The notes under the pieces were generated by a model, which worked only from the letters and a program-made list of their open reading frames with translations, was not told where the DNA came from and did no database searches. A stretch of 64,000 bases of DNA, taken from positions 310,001 through 374,000 of IMG/VR virus record IMGVR_UViG_3300034073_003340, one strand, 5' to 3'. Below, piece after piece: positions 52,544 to 62,045 of this stretch. The translations under genes were made by a program, and so were the position numbers. Every line of letters starts with the position of its first letter. Position 1 is the first letter of the stretch.

Positions 52544-53797
52544 TTACTCGTTAGCTGCCTTGGTATCAAATACTACCAAGGGCTCACACTTTCCTTCAAT
52601 TACATCGGCGGTTACCCTGACCGTATGTGCGCCCTGTTCCTTTAGATCCGGAAGATCATATTGTACTCGAATAAGGCGTTTCTCAATAACAGACCTAAGA
52701 CCTCTGGCTCCTGTCTTACGAGAAATAGCATCTTTTGCTACTGCGCGAAGAGCCTCCTCGTCGAACTCCAGAGATACTTCTTCGAGACTAAACATCTTCT
52801 GAAATTGCTTTACCAAGGAATTCTTGGGTTCAGTTAGAACCTGAACCAGTTGATCCTGATCCAACTCTTCAAGACTGGTGATAACGGGAAGTCGTCCCAC
52901 GAGTTCAGGAATCAAACCAAATTTTGTTAGGTCCTCTGGTTCAACAGCTGATAGAACTTTGTTTGATTCGCTCTTTTCCTGTTCAGTCTGAACGTTGGCT
53001 CCAAAACCAATTGATCCCTTGTTTTTATTCTGTCGCTTGTTGATGATTTCGTCCAGACCCACAAATGCCCCACCAACAATGAACAGAATATTCTTGGTAT
53101 TCACAATGGCCATTTCCGCATTAGGGTGTTTGCGATTGCCTGTGACTGGAACTCGAACTTCGCTTCCTTCGATGATCTTCAAAAGAGCTTGCTGAACTCC
53201 TTCACCCGAGACATCACGGGAGATGCTCGCACTGTCGCCCCTCTTGGCTTTTTTATCAACTTCGTCGAGATAAACGATGCCTCTTTCGGCCTTTGCTATA
53301 TCATTGTCACAGACCTGGAGAAGGCGAGAAATGATAGTTTCCACATCATCGCCCACATATCCAGATTCAGTCAAAGACGTGGCATCAGCAATAGTAAATG
53401 GAACGTCCAACAGCTTGGCGATGCTACGAGCCATCAAAGTCTTACCAGAGCCAGTAGGACCAAGGAGTAGAATGTTGGATTTCTCCAGTTCCACGTCGTC
53501 AACCACAGGATTAGCAAGTCGCTTATAATGATTATGGACCGCGACTGCCATCACCATTTTGGCATCATTTTGACCAATAACATACTGGTCAAGGAACTCT
53601 CGGATCTGTCGAGGGCTTGGAATGCTGCCATCTTTTAGAAGCTTGGCTTCAGCGTTGCTATCCTCTTTTAGAATATCTGCGCAAAGTTGAACACAGTCAT
53701 TACAGATGAAAACATCTGGACCCGCGATCAACTTGGTTACCTGTTCTTGACGCTTACCGCAAAAAGAGCAGCTTAGATTTTTCTTATTCTCGCTCAT
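52544..53797 (-). CDS. clpX: ClpX ATPase subunit
   Basis: CSFCGK zinc finger, GPTGSGKT, RDVSGEGVQQALLK, IGF loop, TGARGLRS. Confidence 0.97.
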   Translation of the reverse strand: MSENKKNLSCSFCGKRQEQVTKLIAGPDVFICNDCVQLCADILKEDSNAEAKLLKDGSIPSPRQIREFLDQYVIGQNDAKMVMAVAVHNHYKRLANPVVDDVELEKSNILLLGPTGSGKTLMARSIAKLLDVPFTIADATSLTESGYVGDDVETIISRLLQVCDNDIAKAERGIVYLDEVDKKAKRGDSASISRDVSGEGVQQALLKIIEGSEVRVPVTGNRKHPNAEMAIVNTKNILFIVGGAFVGLDEIINKRQNKNKGSIGFGANVQTEQEKSESNKVLSAVEPEDLTKFGLIPELVGRLPVITSLEELDQDQLVQVLTEPKNSLVKQFQKMFSLEEVSLEFDEEALRAVAKDAISRKTGARGLRSVIEKRLIRVQYDLPDLKEQGAHTVRVTADVIEGKCEPLVVFDTKAANE

Positions 53798-53887
53798 TCT
53801 GACCTCAGAGTAAACAGGGGATGTCTGATATTTAGTAGGTGTCTATCCATGCTCTGATACTAAGTCCTTGATGTTGAAATCGCATTA

Positions 53888-55168
53888 TTAAAGTCCAGGT
53901 CTAGGATTCTGCATAGCAATCGCTACCTGGACAATATCATTCACGATGTCTGGATTCATTTCTAGAACCTCTATGATAAGATCCTTGGGATCCTTGCCGT
54001 CATCCTGATCATGCCTTTCAGGCTTCCATTCGTTTATTGCCTGTTGTTGAGCAATGAGATCTTTTTCCCAGTCACTCAAAAGCTGACGGTCGTCGTTTAG
54101 TCTAGCTTCCATTTCCAATAATTGCTTATGGGCAATTCCAAGTGCTTCTTGATCCGCCATAATCTGAGATTTTGCTTTTTCCAGGTTTGAATTCTCTTCA
54201 GCAATGACGTTTGACATTTCTAAAATAGAAGCTTCCAGCTCTTCTTTTTCTTGGAGTATTTTACGCTTGGCATCCTCCAAAGCAAATTCATCCAATCCGT
54301 CTGATTCAAGAACAGTCTCTTCAGTTATTGGACTATTCTCAATGGTTTCATTTGGTAGTATACCATTTGAGTCAAAAGAATTCTTTGGTGATTCTTCACC
54401 ACTTTCTTCAGCAAGGATCACATGATCCTTGGATCGCCTTTCCTGATAATCCTTGAGAGAGATACTTCCGGCAATGAAGAGCGAAAGGGCCAACGGATCA
54501 AAAGCTATCATGATGATTACGATAATGATACGAACTGCTGCCTCTGGGTCCCAACCAAACAGCTCTGCTACATATTTTACTGGACCTAGCTTTGCTTCAA
54601 CTTCAGCACCTTGTGTTTTCAAAGGAACTAGTTTGGTGTTGAGGTCATTTATGGCAGAATTATTGGCATCAATTTTCTCTTGGATCTTGGCCGACTCTTG
54701 TCTTTGGGAATTTGCCGCACGGAGACCTGCGCGTCCACTGGATTCAAGACTTCTATCGGTAATTCGGCTGATTTGATCCAAACGTGATTGAAGCTGGTCG
54801 TTTTCTGTTTGTTTCTGCTTCAGCTGGGTTTCAAGCTGAGCTACTTGGATATTGATACCAGCCACCGGGGCATTTTGTTCTAGGTGCCCCTTGCTCAGAT
54901 ATCCATATATGCCAAGACTGGTTATAGCCATTAGAGCGGCAATGAAGACGCAAAACAGACCACGAAAATACCACGGAGCTCTAGGGTTTCTCCAATTAGC
55001 ATGAACCCACTTCGTTGCTACGATCTTTCCGACCTCTAATGTACCAGTCATAACAACCACTCCCCAGAAGGTGGCAGCAAACAATGCGCCCATGCCGACC
55101 AAGGAGAAATAAGCGGCAACGCTAGAAATTGCGGCCGCGATGAAGAAGATTAGAAAAATGAATGCCAT
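53888..55168 (-). CDS. membrane-anchored coiled-coil protein
   Basis: N-terminal TM segments, FDPLA motif, long coiled coil. Confidence 0.75.
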   Translation of the reverse strand: MAFIFLIFFIAAAISSVAAYFSLVGMGALFAATFWGVVVMTGTLEVGKIVATKWVHANWRNPRAPWYFRGLFCVFIAALMAITSLGIYGYLSKGHLEQNAPVAGINIQVAQLETQLKQKQTENDQLQSRLDQISRITDRSLESSGRAGLRAANSQRQESAKIQEKIDANNSAINDLNTKLVPLKTQGAEVEAKLGPVKYVAELFGWDPEAAVRIIIVIIMIAFDPLALSLFIAGSISLKDYQERRSKDHVILAEESGEESPKNSFDSNGILPNETIENSPITEETVLESDGLDEFALEDAKRKILQEKEELEASILEMSNVIAEENSNLEKAKSQIMADQEALGIAHKQLLEMEARLNDDRQLLSDWEKDLIAQQQAINEWKPERHDQDDGKDPKDLIIEVLEMNPDIVNDIVQVAIAMQNPRPGL

Positions 55169-55252
55169 GTTTTGCCTCTGAGATATCTGATAGTGATACG
55201 GACCGCAACCGCGGACTGTCTACTTATCACTATCAGATATTATCAGGGTAGT

Positions 55253-55717
55253 TTATACACGCTTGCTCAAGAGACGCTTGAACAAACCAATGAAGCGATT
55301 ACCTAAACATTCAAGTTGAGTTTTGATAGAAGGATCTCGCTGAGGCGTGATATCAGTCAGGCCGTTATAACGATCCAAGAATTTCCAAGAAATATCCTTG
55401 GCTCCGAAAACCTCAAGAGCCTTGAATGCCATTTCTGGATCTAGGTCGCTACAGGTGTAGATGTCAAATTCAATAAAAGGCTGCTCGCACTCATCCCAAG
55501 TATGTAGGACCATATGAGATGTTGTGATGAGAACCATCGCGGTCATTCCGCGATTTCCAACCTGTTCACAATATTCAGCAGAAGCCTCTTTGAGAACTTC
55601 CATATTCATTGCGTGAACGATGTCAGTAAGCCACTGTTCGACCATTCGCTCATCCTTTTTCAAGGGCGGACGATCAACAGCGGCGTGAACAATCAGGTGC
55701 TTGTGAAGCTTTGCCAT
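55253..55717 (-). CDS. speD: S-adenosylmethionine decarboxylase proenzyme-like protein
   Basis: GMTAMVLITTSHMVLHTW.E...DIYTC; TSH in place of the usual ESH. Confidence 0.75.
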   Translation of the reverse strand: MAKLHKHLIVHAAVDRPPLKKDERMVEQWLTDIVHAMNMEVLKEASAEYCEQVGNRGMTAMVLITTSHMVLHTWDECEQPFIEFDIYTCSDLDPEMAFKALEVFGAKDISWKFLDRYNGLTDITPQRDPSIKTQLECLGNRFIGLFKRLLSKRV

Positions 55718-55802
55718 TTTATCTCCTAATCAAAAGATCGCGCTCTGCGATAAGCGTGTCTCGGGAAGATTAGGAAATCCGCTTCTTCCTCCGTAGCACT
55801 GT

Positions 55803-56216
55803 TTAGAAAAACTTTGCCGTAGCGGTGATATTTATCGGACTAGAGATCTTCTCATATCCTCGACTGGCTATGAGGTCATTGGACTTTACTGGCTTGAATC
55901 CAGCGTCACGATCCAACGACCAAGTGATATGAAAAGTCTTACCGTCTGGTCGAACGGTTGTTCCGTCCACCTCTACAACCAGGGCTTCAATACCCAAGGG
56001 ATCACAAGCATAACCAACCACCTTAAAAGTAGAAGCCTCGGGTAATGGCTGATCGCTCTTGACTCCCATCTTATACGTGATGTGATGACCAATGAACTCA
56101 GGGAACTTGGGAGGGAAAATGCTGGCAAGGTGTGAGCGACTTTGGTCACTGACTTCGAACGCCTGGTAGCCCCCGCGAGGCTTAGGCGCACTTTCCAAGA
56201 TGTCTTTTGCTCTCAT
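55803..56216 (-). CDS. 2H phosphoesterase-like protein
   Basis: Two HxT motifs (HHITY, FHITW); start MRAKDILES. Confidence 0.65.
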   Translation of the reverse strand: MRAKDILESAPKPRGGYQAFEVSDQSRSHLASIFPPKFPEFIGHHITYKMGVKSDQPLPEASTFKVVGYACDPLGIEALVVEVDGTTVRPDGKTFHITWSLDRDAGFKPVKSNDLIASRGYEKISSPINITATAKFF

Positions 56217-56356
56217 TTTTCCTCCACAAGAAAACTTCTTATTGCGCACCTAATGATAGACGTCAACCTTGATTTGATAAATCGTTCTGTATCCTGGTAG
56301 AAATAGACTTCTAGGGTTCTATACCTGTAAAAAGAATTCATAAGCAGAGGCAAGAG

Positions 56357-58228
56357 ATGTCCAATAACATTAAGAAACTAACAGATTATCAGCACGCTAG
56401 ACTCAGAACAGAGATGTATCTGGGCTCAAGAGCGCTTCATACCCAAAGCGTCCTACAGTTTGTAGATGGTGTTCCTAAGCCAGTTGAAACAAGTTGGGTT
56501 CCGGCAACCTATACGGCTTTCAGAGAAGTTCTAGACAATGCCTTAGATGAGGTGGTAGGCCATGGACACGGATCCAGGATTGACGTAAACTACGACGTCA
56601 AGACTAGGGAAATCAGTATTTCTGATGACGGGCGTGGTATCCCCTTTACCTATGATGAATCACATAAGATGCATCTTGCTACCTTGGTTATGACCGAAGC
56701 GCGAGCTGGTCGAAACTTTGAGGAGCGTGGCGAAGTAGCAGGCACCAATGGTATTGGTGCGTCGGTTGTAAACTTTTGTTCAGAATATTTCCGAATGGAA
56801 ATCAACAAGGACGGTGAACGTTTTCAACAAGAGTTCACGCAGGGCAATGCGGTTTTCGGTGATGAGCTTCAAGTTGGTAAAGCTAAAATCACCAAGAAGC
56901 AAGGTAAGAACGGAACCAAGATTACATTCAAACTTTCAGACGAAGTATTTCCTGACCTAACACTACCTGAGGAATTTATCAGGACCAGAGTAACAGAGGT
57001 CGCGATCTGTAATCCTCTTATCAAAGTCTATTACAATGGTGAACAGATCAAGGTAAAGCCCCGTCCAGAGCAAAGTTTGTTTCCTGGTTTGAAGCCTATT
57101 GCTCTTGAGGTAAAGGAAGACACGTTCCGTTCGCGCTTTTGGATTGTGCCTAACTGGATTGATGGCGGTGAACACGTTCACACGATTGTAAACAACATTC
57201 CCGCGTTCAACGGCGGGGTTCATATCGACACATTCCGTCGTTTGTTCTATGGAAATCTTCTGACCGCGCTGGAGCGTGAAAGCAAGCGTCGCAAATTGAG
57301 TCCCAACCGCAGTGACGTCACTGAGGGTGTTCTGATCTACAATATTACGAACATGCGAGCTCCTAACTTTGACAGCCAGAGCAAGACTCGACTGATCAAC
57401 GAAGAGGTAGGTAAGATCCTCAAGGATCACCTCGACAACCCAGAACTCTACAAGGACTTCATCAAGAAGAACAAAGAGTGGATTGAAGAGATCTACAAGC
57501 GTTGCGCAGAGCGTACGATGAAAAAGGATCTTGGGGACTTAGCAAAGGCTGCTAAGAAGAACCTTCGTAATAAGGTTCCTCGTCTCATGGACGCTGCGGG
57601 TCAAGATAGATCCAAATGTATCCTATTTCTAGCAGAGGGTGAATCAGCCATCTCAGGAATGGGTGCCGCCCGCGATCCTGATCTACATGGCGGTCTCGGC
57701 ATGAAAGGCAAGGTTCTCAACGTTAACGGTGAAATGCCCAAGAGGGTTATCGAGAACAAAGAGCTCGCTGACATCATGAATTGCTTGGGGCTGATTATTG
57801 GCCAAAAGGCGCACCGTGGTGCTTTGCGTTATGGTAAGGTTTACATTGCGCACGACATGGATCCTGACGGTTTGAACATTGGCGCTTTGATGATCAATTT
57901 TTTCCACACTTATTGGCCTGAGCTGTTTGATCCCAATCAGGAACCCTTTGTTCATATTTTTCGAACTCCCTTTATTATTGCGGAAAAGGGTAAGACTCGC
58001 AAATATTGGTATGCCCACAATTATCATGAGTTCAAACCTGAAGAATATAGTGGTTGGACCATCACGCGGGCCAAGGGGCTTGGAACGCTAACTAGGGAAG
58101 ATTGGGAATATAGCTTAAAGAACCCAGAAGTATATCCGGTCTTGGATGATGGCAAAATTGGTGAAACTCTAGATTTGATTTTCAATAGCAAACGTTCAGA
58201 CGATCGCAAGGCGTGGATTGGACTCTAA
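56357..58228 (+). CDS. DNA topoisomerase II large subunit (gp39/GyrB-like; GHKL ATPase plus TOPRIM)
   Basis: EVLDNALDE, DDGRGIP, GTNGIG, AEGESA and DMDPDG...KGLG motifs. Confidence 0.95.
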   Translation: MSNNIKKLTDYQHARLRTEMYLGSRALHTQSVLQFVDGVPKPVETSWVPATYTAFREVLDNALDEVVGHGHGSRIDVNYDVKTREISISDDGRGIPFTYDESHKMHLATLVMTEARAGRNFEERGEVAGTNGIGASVVNFCSEYFRMEINKDGERFQQEFTQGNAVFGDELQVGKAKITKKQGKNGTKITFKLSDEVFPDLTLPEEFIRTRVTEVAICNPLIKVYYNGEQIKVKPRPEQSLFPGLKPIALEVKEDTFRSRFWIVPNWIDGGEHVHTIVNNIPAFNGGVHIDTFRRLFYGNLLTALERESKRRKLSPNRSDVTEGVLIYNITNMRAPNFDSQSKTRLINEEVGKILKDHLDNPELYKDFIKKNKEWIEEIYKRCAERTMKKDLGDLAKAAKKNLRNKVPRLMDAAGQDRSKCILFLAEGESAISGMGAARDPDLHGGLGMKGKVLNVNGEMPKRVIENKELADIMNCLGLIIGQKAHRGALRYGKVYIAHDMDPDGLNIGALMINFFHTYWPELFDPNQEPFVHIFRTPFIIAEKGKTRKYWYAHNYHEFKPEEYSGWTITRAKGLGTLTREDWEYSLKNPEVYPVLDDGKIGETLDLIFNSKRSDDRKAWIGL

Positions 58229-58241
58229 ATCTTGGTGACCA

Positions 58242-58526
58242 ATGAGCTATCATGACTGGCTTTCAATATGGTATTCCCCTAGTGAAGATGACATAATTGC
58301 CTTTATAACACTAGAGCGAATTGCGGAAATTGGGGGTGTTGATCTTTCCAACACCCCCAATGGGGTTGACGCCCACCAGATAAACTATGGTCTTTCTGTC
58401 ATACAGAGATGGTGTCGACACCACTGCTCTTCGGTTCCAAGACCGGTCAATATTAGGGGTAAATCAGGCTTCGCCTTTACAAACCAGTCTGACGCAGTTC
58501 TGTTTAAACTTACCTGGGGTGGATAA
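58242..58526 (+). CDS. DAxLFKLxW family protein
   Basis: FTNQSDAVLFKLTWGG. Confidence 0.75.
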   Translation: MSYHDWLSIWYSPSEDDIIAFITLERIAEIGGVDLSNTPNGVDAHQINYGLSVIQRWCRHHCSSVPRPVNIRGKSGFAFTNQSDAVLFKLTWGG

Positions 58527-58816
58527 TGGAATCAGATTACGACTACATAACAATTTGGATGACAACCAGGAATCCATCAAACGAAGACTACACTACATCA
58601 AAGTTGAGCAATGAGTGTGTTGAATGGCTGGAGACCAATGTTGGCAAAGGTCTCTACAATTTTCACGCTTGGCTTCTATCCCATGACGACGACGATGTTC
58701 AATGGTGTTATTTAGGGTTTGAATGGCAGGACGGCAGATTATCAGATTATAGAAAATTCATGTTCAAAGATAGAAGAAAAGCTTTTCTTTTCAAATTGAT
58801 TTGGGGAGGAAAGTGA
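58526..58816 (+). CDS. DAxLFKLxW family protein
   Basis: FKDRRKAFLFKLIWGG. Confidence 0.75.
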   Translation: MESDYDYITIWMTTRNPSNEDYTTSKLSNECVEWLETNVGKGLYNFHAWLLSHDDDDVQWCYLGFEWQDGRLSDYRKFMFKDRRKAFLFKLIWGGK

Positions 58817-59091
58817 AACAGTTTGTTTTCACTAGAAGTCGCCAGACTCCAGGAAATTCTATTAATGCCTGGCGATTGGGCGAACTCATGGGAGTGAAAT
58901 TTGAAATCCTAGAAACCTATGAAAAATCGTGGAACCAATTTGCTACCAGAATTATTGACGAGCTAAGTCTCTGGTGTAAGAATAGTGGGATAAGGCATTT
59001 TGGTCTTGGCTATACTCAGATCGCTATTCAAATAACATTTGCGGAACCAGCAGATGCTATGCTTTTTAAGTTGAGATGGCACAATGCCTAG
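58801..59091 (+). CDS. DAxLFKLxW family protein
   Basis: FAEPADAMLFKLRW. Confidence 0.75.
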   Translation: MGRKVKQFVFTRSRQTPGNSINAWRLGELMGVKFEILETYEKSWNQFATRIIDELSLWCKNSGIRHFGLGYTQIAIQITFAEPADAMLFKLRWHNA

Positions 59092-59287
59092 ACCACCTGA
59101 ACCTGGATACCTACGATTCAATCCTCCTATAGCTCTGGGATCTGATCGATATTTTCGAGCCTGGGCCCTACTGGAAGATATGGGCATCAAAAACAAGGTG
59201 GCCTTTATCTACAGAGGAAGACAAGATCTCCACGGTCTGGCCTTTCCTTCAAAAGAACAAGCAATGATTTTTAAGTTGAGGTTGTGA
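59084..59287 (+). CDS. DAxLFKLxW family protein
   Basis: FPSKEQAMIFKLRL. Confidence 0.7.
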   Translation: MPRPPEPGYLRFNPPIALGSDRYFRAWALLEDMGIKNKVAFIYRGRQDLHGLAFPSKEQAMIFKLRL

Positions 59288-59538
59288 TGGGAACGGTTCA
59301 CCGAAATGGCACTCCGCCAAAAAAGCTACTATTCAAAAAAGTAATCACGTTCTCTGACATGAAGTTCAATGAGGAAATCATTTGTAAATGGGCTCGAGAA
59401 CACTTGGTTCATCATATGCAATATGATTTTGTCTTATTCAATGGTTCCAAGGGTAAGCTGAATAGATCAGTTGAATTCACTGCTTGGTTTCAAACCAAAA
59501 CAGACTCTGAACGTTTTGAGTTAGCGTGGTTTCAATGA
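59284..59538 (+). CDS. divergent DAxLFKLxW family protein
   Basis: FQTKTDSERFELAW. Confidence 0.6.
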   Translation: MMGTVHRNGTPPKKLLFKKVITFSDMKFNEEIICKWAREHLVHHMQYDFVLFNGSKGKLNRSVEFTAWFQTKTDSERFELAWFQ

Positions 59539-59831
59539 ATCAAAAAATCTACATAGTGGATAGAGAAGACCAGGTGGGTTGGTATCTAGATCCTGAATCC
59601 ATAAGCTTTTGCCTCAACCTAAAGGATAAAAAGCGAGAGGTGAGAGAATGGCTAGAAGAAATGACCAATAGTATTGTCGTCATAAGCGGCCAGGGCAAGA
59701 TGCCAAGATGTGGCACCGAGGATCATCCCACGAATATGTTTAGTTCTATTCAAAGACATCAGTTCAGAGTATATTTTGCCGATGAGCAAGATGCTATGAT
59801 CTTCAAGCTTAGGTGGGGAGGTTCTCCTTGA
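59526..59831 (+). CDS. DAxLFKLxW family protein
   Basis: FADEQDAMIFKLRWGG. Confidence 0.75.
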   Translation: MVSMNQKIYIVDREDQVGWYLDPESISFCLNLKDKKREVREWLEEMTNSIVVISGQGKMPRCGTEDHPTNMFSSIQRHQFRVYFADEQDAMIFKLRWGGSP

Positions 59832-60109
59832 GCAGTAATGTCTTTGAATGTGATGTTGATAACAAACATTACTGGATTATTTCTGTAGGTCTTGGTTCGT
59901 CTATAGCAATGCGTTTGTTAGACGTAGCCAGGTCTGAGGGTCGATGCCCTATGAGTCTGAGCAATCTAGCTGATGAAATACTCGATGCTTGTGGTCAATG
60001 GTGCTTTGAAAATTGTTCAGGAAATTATCAGCTTGACCCAACCTATAGATTAGAGATTTGGTTTGATGATCCAAGTGACGCAATGCTTTTTAAGTTAACT
60101 CATGGGTAA
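59813..60109 (+). CDS. DAxLFKLxW family protein
   Basis: FDDPSDAMLFKLTHG. Confidence 0.75.
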   Translation: MGRFSLSSNVFECDVDNKHYWIISVGLGSSIAMRLLDVARSEGRCPMSLSNLADEILDACGQWCFENCSGNYQLDPTYRLEIWFDDPSDAMLFKLTHG

Positions 60110-60302
60110 CAATATGTTTAGTTGTAGATTATGGAAAATTACGATTTCGTCATTGTTTCCAAACGGTAACAACGTCAGAAACGTCTTTTGGGCTTACAAC
60201 TTTGATGAGATCAGAGCGAGAGCAGCAGCAAAGCGATGGATCAAAAATGAAAACAACGGCGAGTCCGTTGACACCATCGTATCGGTTGACGTTATCAAGT
60301 AA
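60102..60302 (+). CDS. hypothetical protein
   Basis: Coupled ORF lacking the family motif. Confidence 0.55.
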   Translation: MGNNMFSCRLWKITISSLFPNGNNVRNVFWAYNFDEIRARAAAKRWIKNENNGESVDTIVSVDVIK

Positions 60303-60385
60303 GAGCTTAGAAGAGGGCATATGAGAAAACGATCAGCCCTTTTCAGCGAACACTAGGAAGCAATCCCGCTTCCTGGAGTATTGTT

Positions 60386-60655
60386 ATGTCTTGGAGCCCT
60401 CCCCGTAAGTATAAGGGGAAGAGAAGTCAGTGGCCGCAGGCTGCTGAAGTCACGATTCATTATCCCGAAACCCTGTCGGGCCGTTCTCTGAATGCCATCA
60501 GCTCACGCGAAGCCGTCCGCCAGATGCTTTATGAAATGGAAGAATGGTGTGAAACCCATTGCTCGCATGAATGGTATTCTGCCGGATATTCTCGGTGGTC
60601 TTTTGCTAAGACTTCTGAGGCGGTATGGTTTAAGATGGTCTTTGGAGGCAAATAA
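60386..60655 (+). CDS. DAxLFKLxW family protein
   Basis: FAKTSEAVWFKMVFGG. Confidence 0.72.
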   Translation: MSWSPPRKYKGKRSQWPQAAEVTIHYPETLSGRSLNAISSREAVRQMLYEMEEWCETHCSHEWYSAGYSRWSFAKTSEAVWFKMVFGGK

Positions 60656-61020
60656 TGTCAGAAATGAAAATCACCAGGGTTTGGTGGCGAATCTTGAGAC
60701 CTTACAAGGTCGAGTGGCAGGAAGCCTATTCCAAGCATCAAACTCAGGCCGGGGGTGGTCCGTTGAGGGGCGAAGAACTTCAAGGACCCTTTTATGTGAT
60801 GCGATCTAAGGTTCAAAATTTTCTAGTAAATTTGCCGGAAGCATCATTCTTTGGAATCTCATATAAGGCATGCTGCTATGTCTACCAGACCAGACGGGTC
60901 GACTTTGGAACTGCTCCGGGACCATACGGTGGAAAAATCATAGCAAGTCCTCCGCCGCCATTCTATATGGCTAGGAAAGCAGATGCCCTGATGCTAAAGC
61001 TAGCGTGTGGAGGAGATTGA
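60655..61020 (+). CDS. DAxLFKLxW family protein
   Basis: MARKADALMLKLACGG. Confidence 0.68.
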   Translation: MSEMKITRVWWRILRPYKVEWQEAYSKHQTQAGGGPLRGEELQGPFYVMRSKVQNFLVNLPEASFFGISYKACCYVYQTRRVDFGTAPGPYGGKIIASPPPPFYMARKADALMLKLACGGD

Positions 61021-61366
61021 GCCTGGTCCAGCGCATGGAAGCGCAGAGAACGCATCCGTTAGGGTAGTCTCTGGAATACGTCTGAGGATTGGATTCACCG
61101 ATCAAAAATTCAAGTATAGATTTGATTCACGTAATTTCTATTGGAAACATGGTATCTCCCATGAAGTTCATCGATGGCTTAAAAGAACCTTTGGTCCCCA
61201 ATGTCAAAATCGTGCGCTTTGGGATAACGAAAACCCCGAGGATGGTCAGTGGATTTATTTAGGAAGTCAGAACCGCAAGAATCGCTCACAAAATACAGTG
61301 ACGCTCCAGTTCAGATCTGTGAGTCAGGCATTGTTATTCAAGCTGACTTGGACGGGGCGTCTCTAG
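61007..61366 (+). CDS. DAxLFKLxW family protein
   Basis: FRSVSQALLFKLTW. Confidence 0.72.
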   Translation: MEEIEPGPAHGSAENASVRVVSGIRLRIGFTDQKFKYRFDSRNFYWKHGISHEVHRWLKRTFGPQCQNRALWDNENPEDGQWIYLGSQNRKNRSQNTVTLQFRSVSQALLFKLTWTGRL

Positions 61367-61713
61367 AGTCTACCGGGCGCATTATACCGGATCATATAGG
61401 CAAAAGCATCAGACTAACTCAAGGATACAAAGTAAGTATACGTGGCCCCTCTCAGGGCCCATATAGTGGCAAAATTAATGGGTTTCATCGACACGGCTTC
61501 CCTTTGGATCTCAAGGATTGGTTAGACCGAAATGTTGGTGATACTGCCCCTCATCATTTCTGGGAGGAGGGCCAAGGTGACTGGCTTTATCAAGGAAGTA
61601 GGTGGGCAAAAGGATATTCTAGTTTCAAAGGCGGAAGTCTTTATCTGGATTTCCGCATCAGGGATCGTCACAAAGCCTTACTCTTCAAGCTAACCTGGTA
61701 TGATACTCTGTAG
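61249..61713 (+). CDS. DAxLFKLxW family protein (start probably near 61350)
   Basis: IRDRHKALLFKLTW. Confidence 0.7.
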   Translation: MDLFRKSEPQESLTKYSDAPVQICESGIVIQADLDGASLESTGRIIPDHIGKSIRLTQGYKVSIRGPSQGPYSGKINGFHRHGFPLDLKDWLDRNVGDTAPHHFWEEGQGDWLYQGSRWAKGYSSFKGGSLYLDFRIRDRHKALLFKLTWYDTL

Positions 61714-61984
61714 ACTCCCATATGATCGCTGCTCGCAGCGATTTCACTATCATAACGACTGGGGTCGGCCAACAGTCAGTGTAGGCCTTAGAACTGATAT
61801 GGACGAATGGTTTGTTGAGTATATGGGCAAGCGTCCACGTTATGATATAAACACTTGTCCTGGTTATATTGAATTCTATATGCCCAACCGTGGACTAGCA
61901 GCGTTATTCATACTAAGTTGGATCGGTGAGGAATCTGTGATGAAGAACAAGCCTGTGCCCCGACCAGGTGGGGATCTCTGCTAA
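61700..61984 (+). CDS. divergent DAxLFKLxW family protein
   Basis: MPNRGLAALFILSW. Confidence 0.65.
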   Translation: MILCRLPYDRCSQRFHYHNDWGRPTVSVGLRTDMDEWFVEYMGKRPRYDINTCPGYIEFYMPNRGLAALFILSWIGEESVMKNKPVPRPGGDLC

Positions 61985-62045
61985 CCTAGATATAGACGTG
62001 GCCCTGGTGTAATAAGTAAAATACACATATAAACAGAGGCCACTA

